Source of the DNA: Podarcis melisellensis
Taxonomy: Eukaryota
DNA: 64,000 nt
Assembly: GCA_964234715.1 (NCBI GenBank)
Contig: OZ174275.1
Reading direction: 5' to 3' (one strand)
The notes under the pieces are model-generated. The model was given only the letters and a program-made list of their open reading frames with translations. It was not told the origin of the DNA and made no database searches. Both the position numbers and the translations under genes were made by a program. The number at the start of each line of letters is the position of its first letter. Position 1 is the first letter of the stretch. Of this stretch, positions 38,919-52,830 are shown piece by piece.

Positions 38919-41795
38919 GTATGTGGTACAAACTGCACTTTATTTAAATATATTTTGCATATTCTAAGAGATTTCAGAACTGCGCATTAAGCAAAACTCC
39001 ATGATGCAAGGCTTCCAGTTTTATAATAAGATATGAATTTCCCCAGAGCTTATGGCTTTATCATACTCTGGCTTTAGGTCTTAAATGAGATCTGTGATCT
39101 TAAAATAAATACTTCATGCTTCCAGTCACTTTCCATAACAGGGCATCCTACCCTGAAAGCATGTTAAGGGGGCAGGGAGGCAGTGCACACTAGCTCTACC
39201 TCCAATGTCATGGTTCCATCAACTACAGCTTCAAACGTTCCTCACACGTTCAGTAGAAGGTCTGAATGGAGATCCTATCTCTGGATCATTGTGCTTAGAA
39301 TTCTCCCTGCATTCGAGAACTCTTGTTACAGGGAACCTCTTCAACATGTTCCTTAGAATGCATTTAAGATCCCCCTTCCAGAAATGTGGTGATGGAAGAA
39401 GAAGAAGTAGGGATGACGTATGTCAGAGACAATAGGTGTGGAATAACTGCATATGGCTCTGCATCCCCAACATGATTTATGTGTCCCATATTTTGCATTG
39501 AATGTCTGAATAGGGCTTGTGGAAAATTTTATGAAACCGTGTCTTATTCCCCACAGTGTCAGCCTGAGGCCTAGCTTGCAATAGGCCACAGAGTCTGAAT
39601 TCAGCACAGGCAGAGCACTTGTCCTGTAGACCAGAGGCAGGATGCATTCTTGCAAATCAGATACTTGATTAGGCAAACAGAAACTTAGGGCCAAAGATAT
39701 GTAGTTTAGATATCATTTTGAAAAGATGAGATGGGGGGAAATGAAGCAGGGCTGGTATGAGTAGAGATGAGGCAAGGATGGAGACAGCCTGTGTTGTTAC
39801 TTGACGCAGTGCATTGTTGGATTAACCTAGAAGAGAGGGCCTGGTGCCTCTCCATCAGTTTGGGAGGTCAAATGAGCATCTTTAGGCTATGTGGTCAGCT
39901 CATAGTTCTGCAGTCCAGAAAATGACCAATAGTTAGGTCTGAGAGTGAGACTCTTGAGGGTGCGCCTAAAGAAGGGGATTGTTTCCTGACTGAACAGGGA
40001 TGGAACTTGTGGCCCTCCAGATGTTTTTGCACTCCCAAGTCCCTTTAGGCCCAATCAGAATGGCCAATGATCAGGGATGATGGGAACATCATCTGGTGAG
40101 CCATAGGTTCCAAGCTCCTGTCCTACAAAGTGGAGTGGTCCCCACCCCCGAAAGTACATACTTGTTCATCAGAGTAAATGACTACACAACACTTAGGCTC
40201 CTTGACACCAAATAGCAGGCATGTTCCTTCACCTTGCATGCCCAGCTTAATACAGTACTTTCTGGTTTGTCAAACTGTGGCTTGCTGGAAACTCTGAACC
40301 AAGGAAACTATGGACTGATTGTTCCCTACATACCAGGATTGCAAACTATGCTCTTGCAATAATTTCACAGCTAGTCAGCCAAACAGGGCTTGGAATTTTG
40401 CACTATATTAAACTAAGTAGTTGCACAAGCAGAATGAGTTCCAGTTACACAACAGGACTCCCCACCCCCAACCCTTCTCCCCAGCACTTTCCTCACATCT
40501 GCTCCAGAGAGGGTTAGACGAGTTGCTAGAACCATGCACAAGGAGAGAGATCATTCAGTCAGACAAGCAAATTTAAATACAGCCCTATATTAGAACCAAA
40601 GATAGACTTCTCATTCCGGCTTGGACATAACTACAAAAAACAGCAAGCAAAGTAAAACAACTAAAGGAACTACCGTACTCTGCTCCTAAGGGGTGTTTCA
40701 CAATTACTAAGCTGTAAGTAGGGAACATTCTTGAATGCCAGCAAGGCATTGCTTGCAATCCTGGTTTATAATGAGAGCTCAAACCATAGTTATGGCAAAC
40801 TGTGATTTGATATTAATCCAGCCATGCAAGAGGAGGAGGCAGTGAATGAGCATGCACTGCATTCCCTGTGCAAAAAACCATCCTTGGGCTATTATATCCA
40901 TTGCTCATGTTATCCTGTTGGTGGAATGGTATAGTAGAATTTTTTTAAATAAACAGTACTATTTAATATGAATTACGGAATTTGCATTTCTGAAAACTTT
41001 GAACTCTGTGTCTCTTCCTGCCCCCCTTACTACAGCTTTTCAAAAAGTGTAGTTGAGGAATATGTTGTTGCCTTGCAACAGCTGATTTATGCTACATGAT
41101 TCTGATGATATGTAAATGAAAACATTGTGTTGAGTAATATGGTGTTTACTTAGCAACATTTCAAGTCTGGAATGTGTTCAGTTTACAGCTTGTTAATAAT
41201 TAGTAAGCATACATTTTTATATGAAATGTGCAAACAAACAGTGGGTGGTGTTTTCCTACTGGCAGGTTGAAATGCATCCAAAAGCATCATATTTTCTGAT
41301 GAGGTCAATGTAGTCCCATCACAGGATTGTATTATAGATTATCCTTCAGTCTTTAAACATATAGAATAGTGTCATAATTTTAGAAACTGCCAAATATTTG
41401 AAATATAGGAGCGCCGTTAACGACATGGAGTTAATACCACAGCAGAAATGCTGTTGAGAAGAAACAAATGAGGTTAATTATCGACTGGGCTCAGTTACTG
41501 TGTAACCTCCCTCCCCAAGTTGTTCAAAGTATCGCTGAACTCTTCCCACAGTCAGGGACCCTGATAAAGCATACAGAGCATTCTTGGGTTCAAGCAAATG
41601 CAACCAGAATGCAGGATCCCTAGGGAGACATTCTCTGTGTAGCATGGAAAAGGTCAGGGACAGAGCAGGAGGAACCACTTAGACATGATTGCAATTAAGT
41701 TTGATTTGTTTTATATATCCATGGTGCTTTTCATTCAAATGAATCCCAAAGCAGCTTACAAGCGATAAATAGCAATAGCATGATAGAACATGATT

Positions 41796-42050
41796 AGGCC
41801 TCATCATGGGACTGAAACTGACTTGGCCGTGCTGGTCAATGATCTCCAGCGGGCTAGGGCCAAAGGTGAGAGCTGTTTCCTAGTTCTGCTGGATCTGTCA
41901 GTGGCCTTCCATACCATCGACCATGACATCCTTCTGGACCGTCTTGAGGGGCTGGGAGCTGTGGGCACTGTTATACAGTGGTTCTGCTCCTTCCTCCTGG
42001 GCCGTGTCCCAAAAGTGCTGTTGGGGGATGAGTGTTCAGATCCCTGGGAG
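41796..42050 (+). mobile_element. L2 LINE RT fragment
   Basis: RPHHGTETDLAVLVNDL...LVLLDLSVAFHTIDHDILLDRL...WFCSFL. Confidence 0.88.
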
Positions 42051-45000
42051 CTCTGCTGAAATGTAAACATTTCCCCAAATCCAGCAATGTGTATTCCCCC
42101 ATCAGCCTCCATTGGTTACACTAATGGAAGGCAGGACACACAACTGATCTTTTTCTTAATCCTTTGCATCCCCTGAAAATGATCTCCTTACTCCAGTCCT
42201 TGTAAAATCTTTCTGCCCTCTTCAACTGCAGCCCCATGCAGCATGATCCACATTCTTCATTAGTGCCCCCCAACCACATGTAGAAGATTTTCAGTGGGTG
42301 TAGGAACTGGAAATGAAGGGAAAATATTGGTTGTACAAGCTGCGTTCCACTTACACAACCACTGGACACAGCTCTTTGCATGACCCCACTTTTATAGTGG
42401 TCTGTACACCTTGTGATAATTAGTTTCTTCAGAGTTGAAACACTTAGAAAGCCAAGCTCTATCTCATCATAATATTCTGTTGTGGAATAGTCAAACTTTA
42501 TTAAGGCAGACTGAGTAGTCAATGTTTGCTTGATATCCCTGCTCTCAAACAAGTAGTTTCACTGCTGAGTCTGTGCTTTAATTGACATTACAAATTGTGA
42601 AAGATGCTGCCAGTTTCTCCCTTAGTTCTGTCATTGAGGGGAGAAAGATGTTATAGTTCTTTTGCATAATGGATACAAAAAGCTAGAAATGTATGGTGGA
42701 AGTAAGAAGTTTGTGATTGAAACCATTTTTCCTTTGCACCAAGTGTTGTGGGAAAGGACCTATTGAATTCAATTTGGCATTTCCTTTGCAGCTGGACATT
42801 TGTTTTCTAAGTGTATCCTGTTTAAATTTGGAAAGATTTCTCGGGACATGCTCAGCTCAACTGACTCATTAAAAACAGCAGCATGGCTAACTATTATGTA
42901 AGTCTGGGGTACTCCTTGAAAAGGATTTTCCCCCTTTTTTAAAAAAGTAAATTTACTAGAATTGATAGACCTTTCTTCAGATTTTATTTATCTTAGATGC
43001 TGACATGCTTAAAAACCAGCAATTACTTCTGACCATTCCTGGCAATCCACACACAGCTTGCTCCTGCTGAAACCAGCAGGGCAGATGAAGATTGCAGAAT
43101 TTATCATCCTAATTGTGCAACAGTGATGTTGGCTCTACTAGTCCTCTGACTAATCTCAGTGCACAGTGGATGTAAGAGAGTGAGAACATAATCTTTCCCT
43201 CTCTTTCAGAGCAATGTAAAGATAATTAGCACAGGCAGCTGTAAATCTTCCAGGTAGACACAGCCCTTGGCTGATATCTTTGCTACTGGTGTGGAGCACG
43301 CCACAGTATTCTGCAGTGAGTCCTTGTTCGATTCTGTTGCGTCAAATGTCACATATTTCCATCAAATGCCTATGAGCACATACTACAGACTATGTCAAGA
43401 ATCTTAGAGTTGGAAGGGACCCCAAGGGCCGTCTAGTCCAACCCCCTGCAATGCAGGAATTCCAATAAAGGAGTTCCAATAAAGTAAAGATATGCCCAAC
43501 AAATTAGCTGGCCTGTATGCAAGTATCTTATCCCATGGTGAATGTAATGCTTCTTGAGCAACAGTGTTAAAAAAAGGGGACTATTATGGGTGCTCTGCTT
43601 GCCTCTCTCTCCCTCTCTCTCCCTCTGTGCTTACAGACTTTATGGCTAGCAAGAGCAGCTAGGCATATGGGTAACTAGGAGGGTGTCCTGATCCCAGCTA
43701 CAATTAGTCCTTATCCCTGTTCTGAGATTCTGAAAACATTCCAAAAGGAGGCCCCTAGGAATTACGAAGCAGGACTTGCTAGTATCAGGAAGTGGCAACT
43801 CTTTTCAAAGGAGCTGGAGGGTTTCCTTATACATTAGAACAGAGGTGGGGGAACCTGCGGTCCTCCAGATGTGCAGGACTGCAACTCCCATCATTCTTGC
43901 TAAGGCCATGCTATCTGGGTGTGGTGTGAGTTGGAGTCCAACAATATATGGATGGCTGCAGGTTAGCCATTTGTGAATTGCAGAGAATAAGGGCTGGTAA
44001 ATGCATACATGTTTATCACCTGACATTTTGGAATTGACAGCCAAATGTATGAAGAATTGAAAAACGTGTGTGAGCTGACCAAAGTAGCTATGGAAGCTCT
44101 CTTGGTGGTAATTAATCTTTGATTATCAATTTGCACATGTGCATGAGCATTTGAAATACGAATGATACATGTATTTGCTGGTCCTTTAAAATAAAGGACT
44201 GGTTCTTTTTATTCTGCCACCCATGGGAGAAATGGGTACCTGCCCTCTTTCTAGACTGTTGCGTGCAGGTATTTTGAAGGGAAGTATCATTGATTTATAG
44301 TGTTTGTATCTTTCTGCCCTGCATCTCACTCACAAGAATGTTCATGGTGGCTAACAATAGCATAAAAAGTACTAGTTCAAAATTATCAAATAAAATCACT
44401 CAATAAATCTCCTTTAGTAATGCATACTGAGCTACATTAAAAAGCTACTCTCTTAAGTGGATAATGTTGGTAAAGCCACAAAAGCTTGAACTAATATTTG
44501 CCTGAGTGCCAGATGTGTCTGCTTATCTAACCTGCACTTCATTTGTGTCTTATGGTTTCTCTGTCAGGAAATAATAGCAAAGCGTTATTTAACTTTCTGA
44601 TTCCAGAATTCATTGTCAACTGTGTGGTTTAATTTGCAGTGGTTTTGCATTTTCTTGCATTCTTCTAAAGCACTCTGGCTCTGCCAGGTCAAATGAAACT
44701 TTGAATCCTATTATAGCTGCATTAAGTGGTTATACATTTTAGTACACAAGCTGTAGTGAGGGATTGTTTCAGAGATACATATTGAGGTTTTAATTTTGCT
44801 TCAAAGACTGATGTACCTTTCCTTAAAGACATTGTGTAAGTTTTGCTAGTGGATTGTCTTTGGAAGAATGATCTGCTCTGCTCATGAAACAGAACTGAAG
44901 CAATTGATTGAGAGAGAATGAATGATGTGCCAGCCGCCTACAGATATCCAGTGAATTGGACCTGATTAACCTAATTTAGGAGAATACTCGGCAGAGAAGA

Positions 45001-45261
45001 GAAATTTACACATTAGCTATATTATTTAAGTAAGATTGATCTAATTGTATTTGGCTAGATAGGCCTTTAATAGGATTCTCCTGTTGTTGTTGGGTTATCA
45101 TTGAAACTATATATGTTACCACAGGGATCAAATGAAAAGTAGCCGTGGTTGTAAAAGCTTTGCATATTAAGTTAGATTTATAACCAATTCTTTCTCAAAT
45201 GCTCATTGCTGGATTAGTAATAATTTCACATGAAACAGAACCAATGTGGCATATAAGTTGT

Positions 45262-45926
45262 TGTAGTAGCAAATGGAACAAGCCATTTCTGTGGGGTATT
45301 TTGCTGACATGAGACTGAACTCACTTTTGAGCCTTTCTTGTTCTGTGGGTGTGTTGAACTGGTGGTCTAGTGGCAAGCTAGGAAACATGCAGGTGGTCTG
45401 AGTTGTGCATCGCCTCCCCTATCCTTCTCTGGCAGGAATGCTTTCATTTTTGAGGGACCTTCTTGATGCTTGGTGAGACTGCTTCTTGCAATATGCTCCA
45501 GCTGGACAGCAGAGACAGTGGGTGGCTTGGTGGGGAGTATCCCTTCAGTGAAACATCCTAAAAGGCATATACTGTGCTGGCATGGTGAGCCAACGTGGAA
45601 GGGGAAAGACCAAAGGAAGATAAACTTTTTGTGGGTCACCAAAAGGGCAAGGGTGTTAATCCCCTAAGACCTTGTTGAAGGTCCACAGCCTGAATGAATG
45701 TATGCTGCTTGGTGAGATAGCATAGACAGAAAGTTATTGGTTTCCATGTGGGGTAAGAGCTAAGGGTAATGGTGGGCATAAGCCATCTCTGGGTAAAAGC
45801 CAGGGGAGAATCCCATCCCAAATGAGAGATGGGATGATGTTCTTGGATATTTGAAGACTTGAGTCTTGGATCCAAACCTTTGGGATGCGGGTGCATTGCC
45901 TTGAACATGGTGATGTTTCTTATACA
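45262..45926. mobile_element. Candidate solo LTR (665 bp)
   Basis: G-richer block with TGTAGTAG...CTTATACA inverted termini, flanked by GTTGT (45257-45261) and GCTGT (45927-45931), a 5-bp TSD with one mismatch. Confidence 0.4.
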
Positions 45927-48900
45927 GCTGTTCTACTTTTGATTTTATATTATTCTCTCTTGTTTATTTATCATTATCATTCCAACATTCACAGATCTCA
46001 GGGTGGTTCACAACATAAAAATTCAAGATGAAAGCACAAAATACATAGTAACATCCCACTCTCTTTAGCTTAGTTTAATCTATTAAATTAATTAAATTAG
46101 GTAAGTTTATTTGTATTGTTTTATATAATATAAAACAGATTATTTTTTCTATTTGCATGTTGATGTGATTATTTCTAATTGTTTCTAGGTTGTTTGTTTT
46201 TTTAAAAAGTTTTCATCTTAATCTTAACTATGGTTTGTTTGAAACAAATAATCTTCAAACCATGGATTATGAAGCTCCCTTGTTTCAACAAACTATATTT
46301 AACAATAACCATAGTCTGTGGTTCAAAGGTAATGTTCAACAGTGGTTAATTCAAATCAGAAGTCAAAGTTTCAGATCCTCATCAGAGGATGGGAGGGAGG
46401 AAGCAGCAAGCAGCACATCAATGCATGGCTCTGGTAGGTTCCCATAACAATAAAACCATAGTTAATTATGTCATCAAAGCAGAGATATTTTCCTCTCTTG
46501 AAAGTACTAGGTTACGCTGTGCAAAGACTAAATAGGATCATAGATAAATTGGTAATGCTACAAATCACACCACTGTTTATCTTAATTTTGTTTTGCCGTA
46601 TTTCTTAAGATTAGAAAAAAATTATACTATACAGCAGGCATGAAATATTCCAATCAATTCATTACACACTTACATATTGTTTGGGGAAAAATAATAATTT
46701 ATCCATCCCACTGTTTCCTTAGAGTGAATCAGATAATGACAGTGTCCATAAGCTGATTATATGTGATGATTTTTTTATTAAAAAAATGAGAGCCTTATCT
46801 ATCAATGCCCCTTGTAGTCAGCATTTTGCTTTGTTGCAATTCCCTCACAGTCCTTTGCTAATTTGCTTTTTTGATATTGTGCTACCTAGCAAGAAATAAA
46901 ATTAAGAACAAAGAAGATTACTTGGGGATAATAAACAGCTTCAATAAAAATCTAAATGACTAATCAGACAAAATAAGTCCTGTGGCATAAATTAGAAGAA
47001 AATTGCAAGACTGTGAAAAGTGGTTGAGAATGCTAAAATAGTTTTCACTAATGTATGTCTCTTTCTGAAGACTTCCAGTGCGCCTTTGCTCATGAAACTC
47101 TCAGGCCAACAACAGTAGGCTCTGAAGACATTCTGAAACCAATCAGTCTAGGCCAGCCTTTCCCAACATGGCACCCTCCTTATGATTTGAATAAAAACTT
47201 CCATCATCCCTTACTATGGACCATGCTAGCTGTGGCTAACTGAAGTCTTCAAAACATTTGGAGAAATGTCAGGATAGGGAACAGGTGGTCAATACATTTG
47301 AGAGCAGCCGTGAGTCTCTTTCTCTGAGAATCCTTATAGTCTACTGTAGAACCCATTCTGCATTCCACAATTCATTTTAGGATTAGGATGAAATGGAATG
47401 GAACAATTTCTAGCTCTACCAAAACTTTCAGAGCAGAACTGCTTGGGGTGCTTGAGAGAGTGGGGAGAGGGTGAGAGAACATCTGCTTTGTTATAATAAT
47501 GAGACTTCTACTACAATAGCTGAACTATTAACCACTTGAATGTATAAGCCATTGTGCAGTTTTGTGACTTGTGGGATCCAAAAATAGTTTCCCGTATCTG
47601 GTGCCTTAGTGCCAGACCATGGTCCCCATTCCAATTCTGCTTCTCAGCTCTAAACAGCAGTCTGTGCTGTCACTTCTGCTCTGTCCTTGTCATGGCATCA
47701 TTACTATGTAGGTTTATTGAGGGCAAGAAAGGAGACGCCTCGCTGTAGCCTCTTTGTTTGACGTTCTTTCAGATTCATACAAGCCATAGAAGCCAATGCA
47801 AATGAGTGCCTTAGCTAGTAATAAAGGATGGTAAGAGTATGACTCTTTGCCAAGTACAAGTTCAAGCTTATGAATGTCTTCCCATTGCAGTAATAGCTTA
47901 CATAAAAGAAGCAGAATGCCTAAATTTTGCTGTGATTATATTTAAGGTCAACAAAAAGAGCCTCTGCTGTGATACTCACTGGTATGTATTAAGAGGAATG
48001 AACATTTATGAAAACCAGTTTCTTGCTGTGTGAAAAATGAACCATTATTATCCTTTTAACAGAGACTCACTTTGATCTGATTAAAATACTGGCATTATGA
48101 GAAGAAAAGAAATAGTTTAAAGGCAGAGTTGGGAGTTTTCAGACAGGCTTATGGATTCAGAAAGCATACTCAGCCAAAAACAAACAAAAAATGTTGCAGT
48201 TTAATCCTTTTTTTTAAGGCTTCATGCTAGCTTTTTGTTTTTGTTTTATTTAAAAGATTACAGCACATTGATCAACTGCTGAAGTTACTTCCTAGTTTTC
48301 TGTCCCATTTAGAACAGGTTAAAAATGATGGGCAAGATTCACTAATGAGTCCTTTCAGTGGAAGCTGTGCAAGGACTTCTGTTTGTACAATGCTTCCTCT
48401 CCCTGAACTCACTGACAATGGAAGAGGAAAGAATTGCAGAAACTGAGTCACTGCATGAAAAACACATATGACATACTTTAAGTCCATAGAGGAACACCTG
48501 TGTTTGCTGTGCTGCTGCAGGAAATGGATTACTGAATCTGGCCCTTGAGAGAGGCTATAATAAATCTGGTGTAGGATAGACCGTTTCTAACATTACTCTA
48601 CTGGGGTAGAATTCATTGAAACTTTTTTGTCTCTGTGTATACATTATTATTACTATTAGAAATATTTTACAGTTGCTTTTGACAGTAAAGGATTCCTGAG
48701 TGGCTTGCCAAAAATGAAAACACAACATATGAAAACAATTTAAAACGAGGAAAAGAGAAAGCAGTGGGGATCCAAAATACATAAAGTGCTCATCCAGAGC
48801 AAGTCCTATCCAGCCCACTAAAAGATGAGCACCACCATAGGAAGCAACATTAACTAACCAGTTGCCTGGGCTAAAAAGAAACGTCTTAGCTTGACACCTA

Positions 48901-49660
48901 AAATCCCCACAAAGAGCATTCGACAGACAGGGAGCTACCACCAGAAAGCTACCACCATTCTCTTGTGGCCACCCCCTCCATACCTCCCAGCCAGTTGAGA
49001 GCTCTGTTATCAAGTGCAAGAGGGCACTCAGGGATGATTGCATCAGTGGCCCTGGTCACCCATGTATTCCACAGATCAACCAGGGGGCCCCCGGCCATAT
49101 ATCAGCCAGAAAATCTCCCCGAACCATCTCAAAACCAATTGGATTCATCACTCTCTGAGGGCAGAACATTCTCTAATAGTTCCCCCCACCCCTGCGGAAG
49201 GGGAAATGCCACTGAAAGCCTAAAACTAAACCTTGGAGAACTCAGACACTTTGGGCTATGTGATTCTTTTCTTTACCTTTTGAAGCTAGTTTTTAAAGGC
49301 GTTTGGATTCAGTTAGAGACTGCTTGGCTGATCTGTAAGCTTTTGTCACATCTGTGTAATAGGGAAGGCCATAGTGCACTTAGAACACAAGGGGCCAAGT
49401 CCCATCCTTTGCATATCATAGAAAACTCCTGTCCGAAATCCTGGAGAGTCACTATCAGTCAGTGTAGTAGGATATACAGAGCTGGATGGACACTACTAAG
49501 CTAGATAGTACAAGGCAGCATCCTAGCTTCTTATGCGAGAGACAGTCTCTCCCCCCCCCCCCAATTCTAAAAACAAGCACCTAAACCTGAAATTTTAATG
49601 TAACTATTAGGCAGCTACAAGCAGTGAGACAACAAGAATCCATATAGAATGCCCATGTCT

Positions 49661-49795
49661 NNNNNNNNNNNNNNNNNNNNNNNNNNNNNNNNNNNNNNNN
49701 NNNNNNNNNNNNNNNNNNNNNNNNNNNNNNNNNNNNNNNNNNNNNNNNNNNNNNNNNNNNNNNNNNNNNNNNNNNNNNNNNNNNNNNNNNNNNNN
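49661..49795. other. Assembly gap (135 N)
   Basis: N run. Confidence 1.
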
Positions 49796-51510
49796 AGGTG
49801 ATTTTTGCAGCCAATAAATCTCATAAACTGCTTTAGTCAGAGGTTAAGACTTTTTGCTGTCTGAAAGAAAAGAATTTCAGGATGCTGTTAGCCTTATGTT
49901 CTGCAGAGACCAGTCACTCAGCATCCTGTTGCAATTCTAACACAAAGTGAAGGAAAGCACAGTCAACAAGGTGATATCCTGTTAAGGTCTGATGCTGTGA
50001 TCTGCCAGTAGTAGAAAGAGAGGCTTTATATCACAGGATGGCTGGGGACCCTTAGCAGTCAGATACTAATTGTGATGTATTTAGCTGTTTAACTGTATGA
50101 CTTTGTTTTCTTTTGTCTTGTACCTTTATTCTTTGGGGACTATAGTTCTCACACAGATAGACAGGTGTGTTCTCTGTGTTGCAAATTGTCATTGACACCA
50201 GCTGGGTTCTTGTAATCAGAAGTTTACATAAGTCATACATTTTGCTGTTAGAGGTGAAAAATCCATATTTTGACATTTTTCAAAGATGGACAAAAATTAT
50301 TATTATTATTACTATTCTTATTCTTCTTTACACACATATATCACAGGACAGTTTACAGTATAAAAACACAAAAGACATAACACGACAACAAAACAATTCC
50401 CTTAAAATGTGCTGTTAAAAATAATAATCAAATTCCTTTCCCTAATAGATTGTTGATTGGTAACCTTTCTACAGGTGCTTTGCATTTATTGGAACCAGTG
50501 GCTTCCTAGCTTAGATCGAAATGAGCTCATGAATTTTTTAACAACAGTAGGAATATATTAAATATATGGCTCACAACTGAATGATGGTTTATAATTGACA
50601 TTCTTAATATCACCATGACATAAAATTAATCCCTCACCTTCTGAGTCTGTTATCATCAGCAGTATGAAAGTTTTATTCCTAGGTCAAATGGTTGTTGCTG
50701 CTAGGACTCGAAGCTGCTGATCAGATTTAGAGGATCCAGCTTTTCTAAGACATATATTGTCAGTTCTTTCAGTCTTTTTAATTATTAGCATCACCATCTT
50801 TTTCTTACTGGTGTACACATATTACTGCCTTGAATACATGAAGGATCTTGCTAGTCTCTCTCACCCCTCCCCTTCAGCAGCAGATCAATCTCTTTTAACA
50901 TGCATGCGACTAAAAGTGATGGAATGGCACAAATGTATTTCTATAGACTGCATCTTTGTTCCACCTTTCCTTTGAGGAGCTTGGAGTCACATTAAGGGTT
51001 CTTTCTTCCTGTCCGTTTTACCATCCTCCTGTGAGGAAAGGGACAGGAGGAGGGGCCAAGTCACCCAGTAAGCCTCATGGCTGAGTGGGTGACACTGGAA
51101 GATAAGATAGGGATCTCTTAGAAATAGGTAATTTACAGTGAGGGGAAAATGTATTTGATCCCCTGCTTAATTTGTCTGTTTGCCCTCTGACGAAGAAATG
51201 ACCGGTCCATAATTTTAATGGTAGGTTTATTGTAGCTGTGAGAGACAGAATAACAGGAAACTCCCCAGAAACCCAGAAGACAAAAGTCAGAGATTGATGT
51301 GCATTATAATGAGTGAAATAAGGATTTGATCCCCTATCAACCAACCAGATGTCAGGCTCCCTGGTATCTTCACTGTATGTAACGAGCTGAGATTAGAAGC
51401 ACCTGCTGTAAGGGAGAGGTCTTACCTGTAATCCCTGCTCGTTACAGTACCTGTACAAAAGACACCTGTCAACAGAAGCAATCAATCCAGCAGATTCCAA
51501 AGTAGCTGCC

Positions 51511-52495
51511 ATGATCAAGACCAAAGAGCTGTCCAAGGATGTCAGGGACAAGATTGTAGACCTGCACAAGGCTGGACTGGGCTACAAACAGCTTGGAAGA
51601 AGGGGACAACAGTTGGTGCAATAATTAGCAAATGGAAGAAACACAAATTAACTGTCAACCTCCCTTGGTCTGCGGCTCCATGCAAGATCTCATCTCGTGG
51701 AGTTGCAATGATCAGGAGAACGGTGATGAAGCAGCCCAGAACTACACAGAGGGAACTTGTCAATAATCTCAGGGCAACTGGAACCACAGTCACCATGAAA
51801 ACAGTTGGTAACACACTACGCTGTGAAGGACTGAGATCTCGCAGAGCCCACAAGGTCCTCTTGCTCAAGACAGTACATGTACAGGCCGGTCTGCAGTTTG
51901 CCAATGCACATCTGAATGACTCAGAGGAGAACTGGGTGAAAGAGTTGTGGTCAGATGAGACCAAAATCGAGCTCTTTGGCATCAACTCAACTCACCGTGT
52001 TTGGAGAAGGAATGCTGCCTACAACCCCAAGAATACCATCCCCACCGTCAAACATGGAGAGGGGACATATTATGCTTTGAGGGTGTTTTTCTTCTAAGGG
52101 AACAGGACACCTTCACCGCATCGATGGATAGGACCATGATCATCAAATCTTGGGTAAGCACCTCCATCCCTCAGCCAGGGCATTGAAAATGGGTCAAGGA
52201 TGGGTATGACCCAAAACACATGGCCAATGCAACAAAGGAGTGGTTCAAGAAGAAGCACATTAAGGTCCTGGAGTGGCCTAGCCAGTCTCCAGAACTTAAT
52301 CCCATTGAAAATCTGTGGACGGAGCTGAAGGTTCGAGTAACTACACATCAGCCTCGAAATCTTACTGAATTGGAGAGGTTCTGCAAAGAGGAGTGGGACA
52401 AAATACCTCCTGAGATGTGTGCAAACCTGGTGGCTACCTTCAAGAAACGTCTGACCTCTGTAATTGCCAACAAGGGTTTTGCCACCAAGTACTAA
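51511..52495 (+). pseudogene. Tc1 transposase pseudogene
   Basis: [26 protein letters not shown] / ...[12 protein letters not shown]...[10 protein letters not shown] / ...[37 protein letters not shown]...NKGFATKY*. Frameshifts near 51595 and 52065, in-frame stops, and a deletion of the FQHDN segment near 52207 that removes the second catalytic D. The residual spacing fits D34E. Confidence 0.95.
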
Positions 52496-52576
52496 GTCAT
52501 ATTTTGCAAAGGGATCAAATACTTATTTCACTCATTATAATGCACATCAATCTCTGACTTTTGTCTTCTGGGTTTC

Positions 52577-52830
52577 TGGTGTAGTGGTTAAGAGTGGTAG
52601 TCTCGTAATCTGGTGAACCGGGTTCGCGTCTCCACTCCTCCACATGCAGCTGCTGGGTGACCTTGGGCTAGTCACATTTCCTTGAAGTCTCTCAGCCTCA
52701 CTCACCTCACAGAGTGTTTCTTGTAGGGGAGGTAGGGAAATGAGATTGTTAGCCGCTTTGAGACTCCTTAGGGTAGTGATAAAGCAGGATATCAAATCCA
52801 AACCCTCCTCCTCCTCCTCCTCCTCCTCCT
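52577..52830 (+). mobile_element. Squam3-type SINE nested in the Tc1 right TIR
   Basis: tggtgtagtggttaagagtggt...ggttcgcgtctcc...gctgggtgaccttgggctagtcac...atcaaatccaaac(cct)n. TIR sequence resumes on both sides. Confidence 0.9.

Noticed and set aside
42121-42552. 143-aa minus-strand ORF
   Set aside because: TTG start, no motif and no splice context.
48965-49504. 179-aa ORF (+) and the overlapping 162-aa ORF (-) at 48555-49043
   Set aside because: The + ORF has a non-ATG start and neither shows a recognisable domain. They run across an antisense L2 remnant and a SINE-like tail, so they are most likely chance ORFs in a repeat patchwork.
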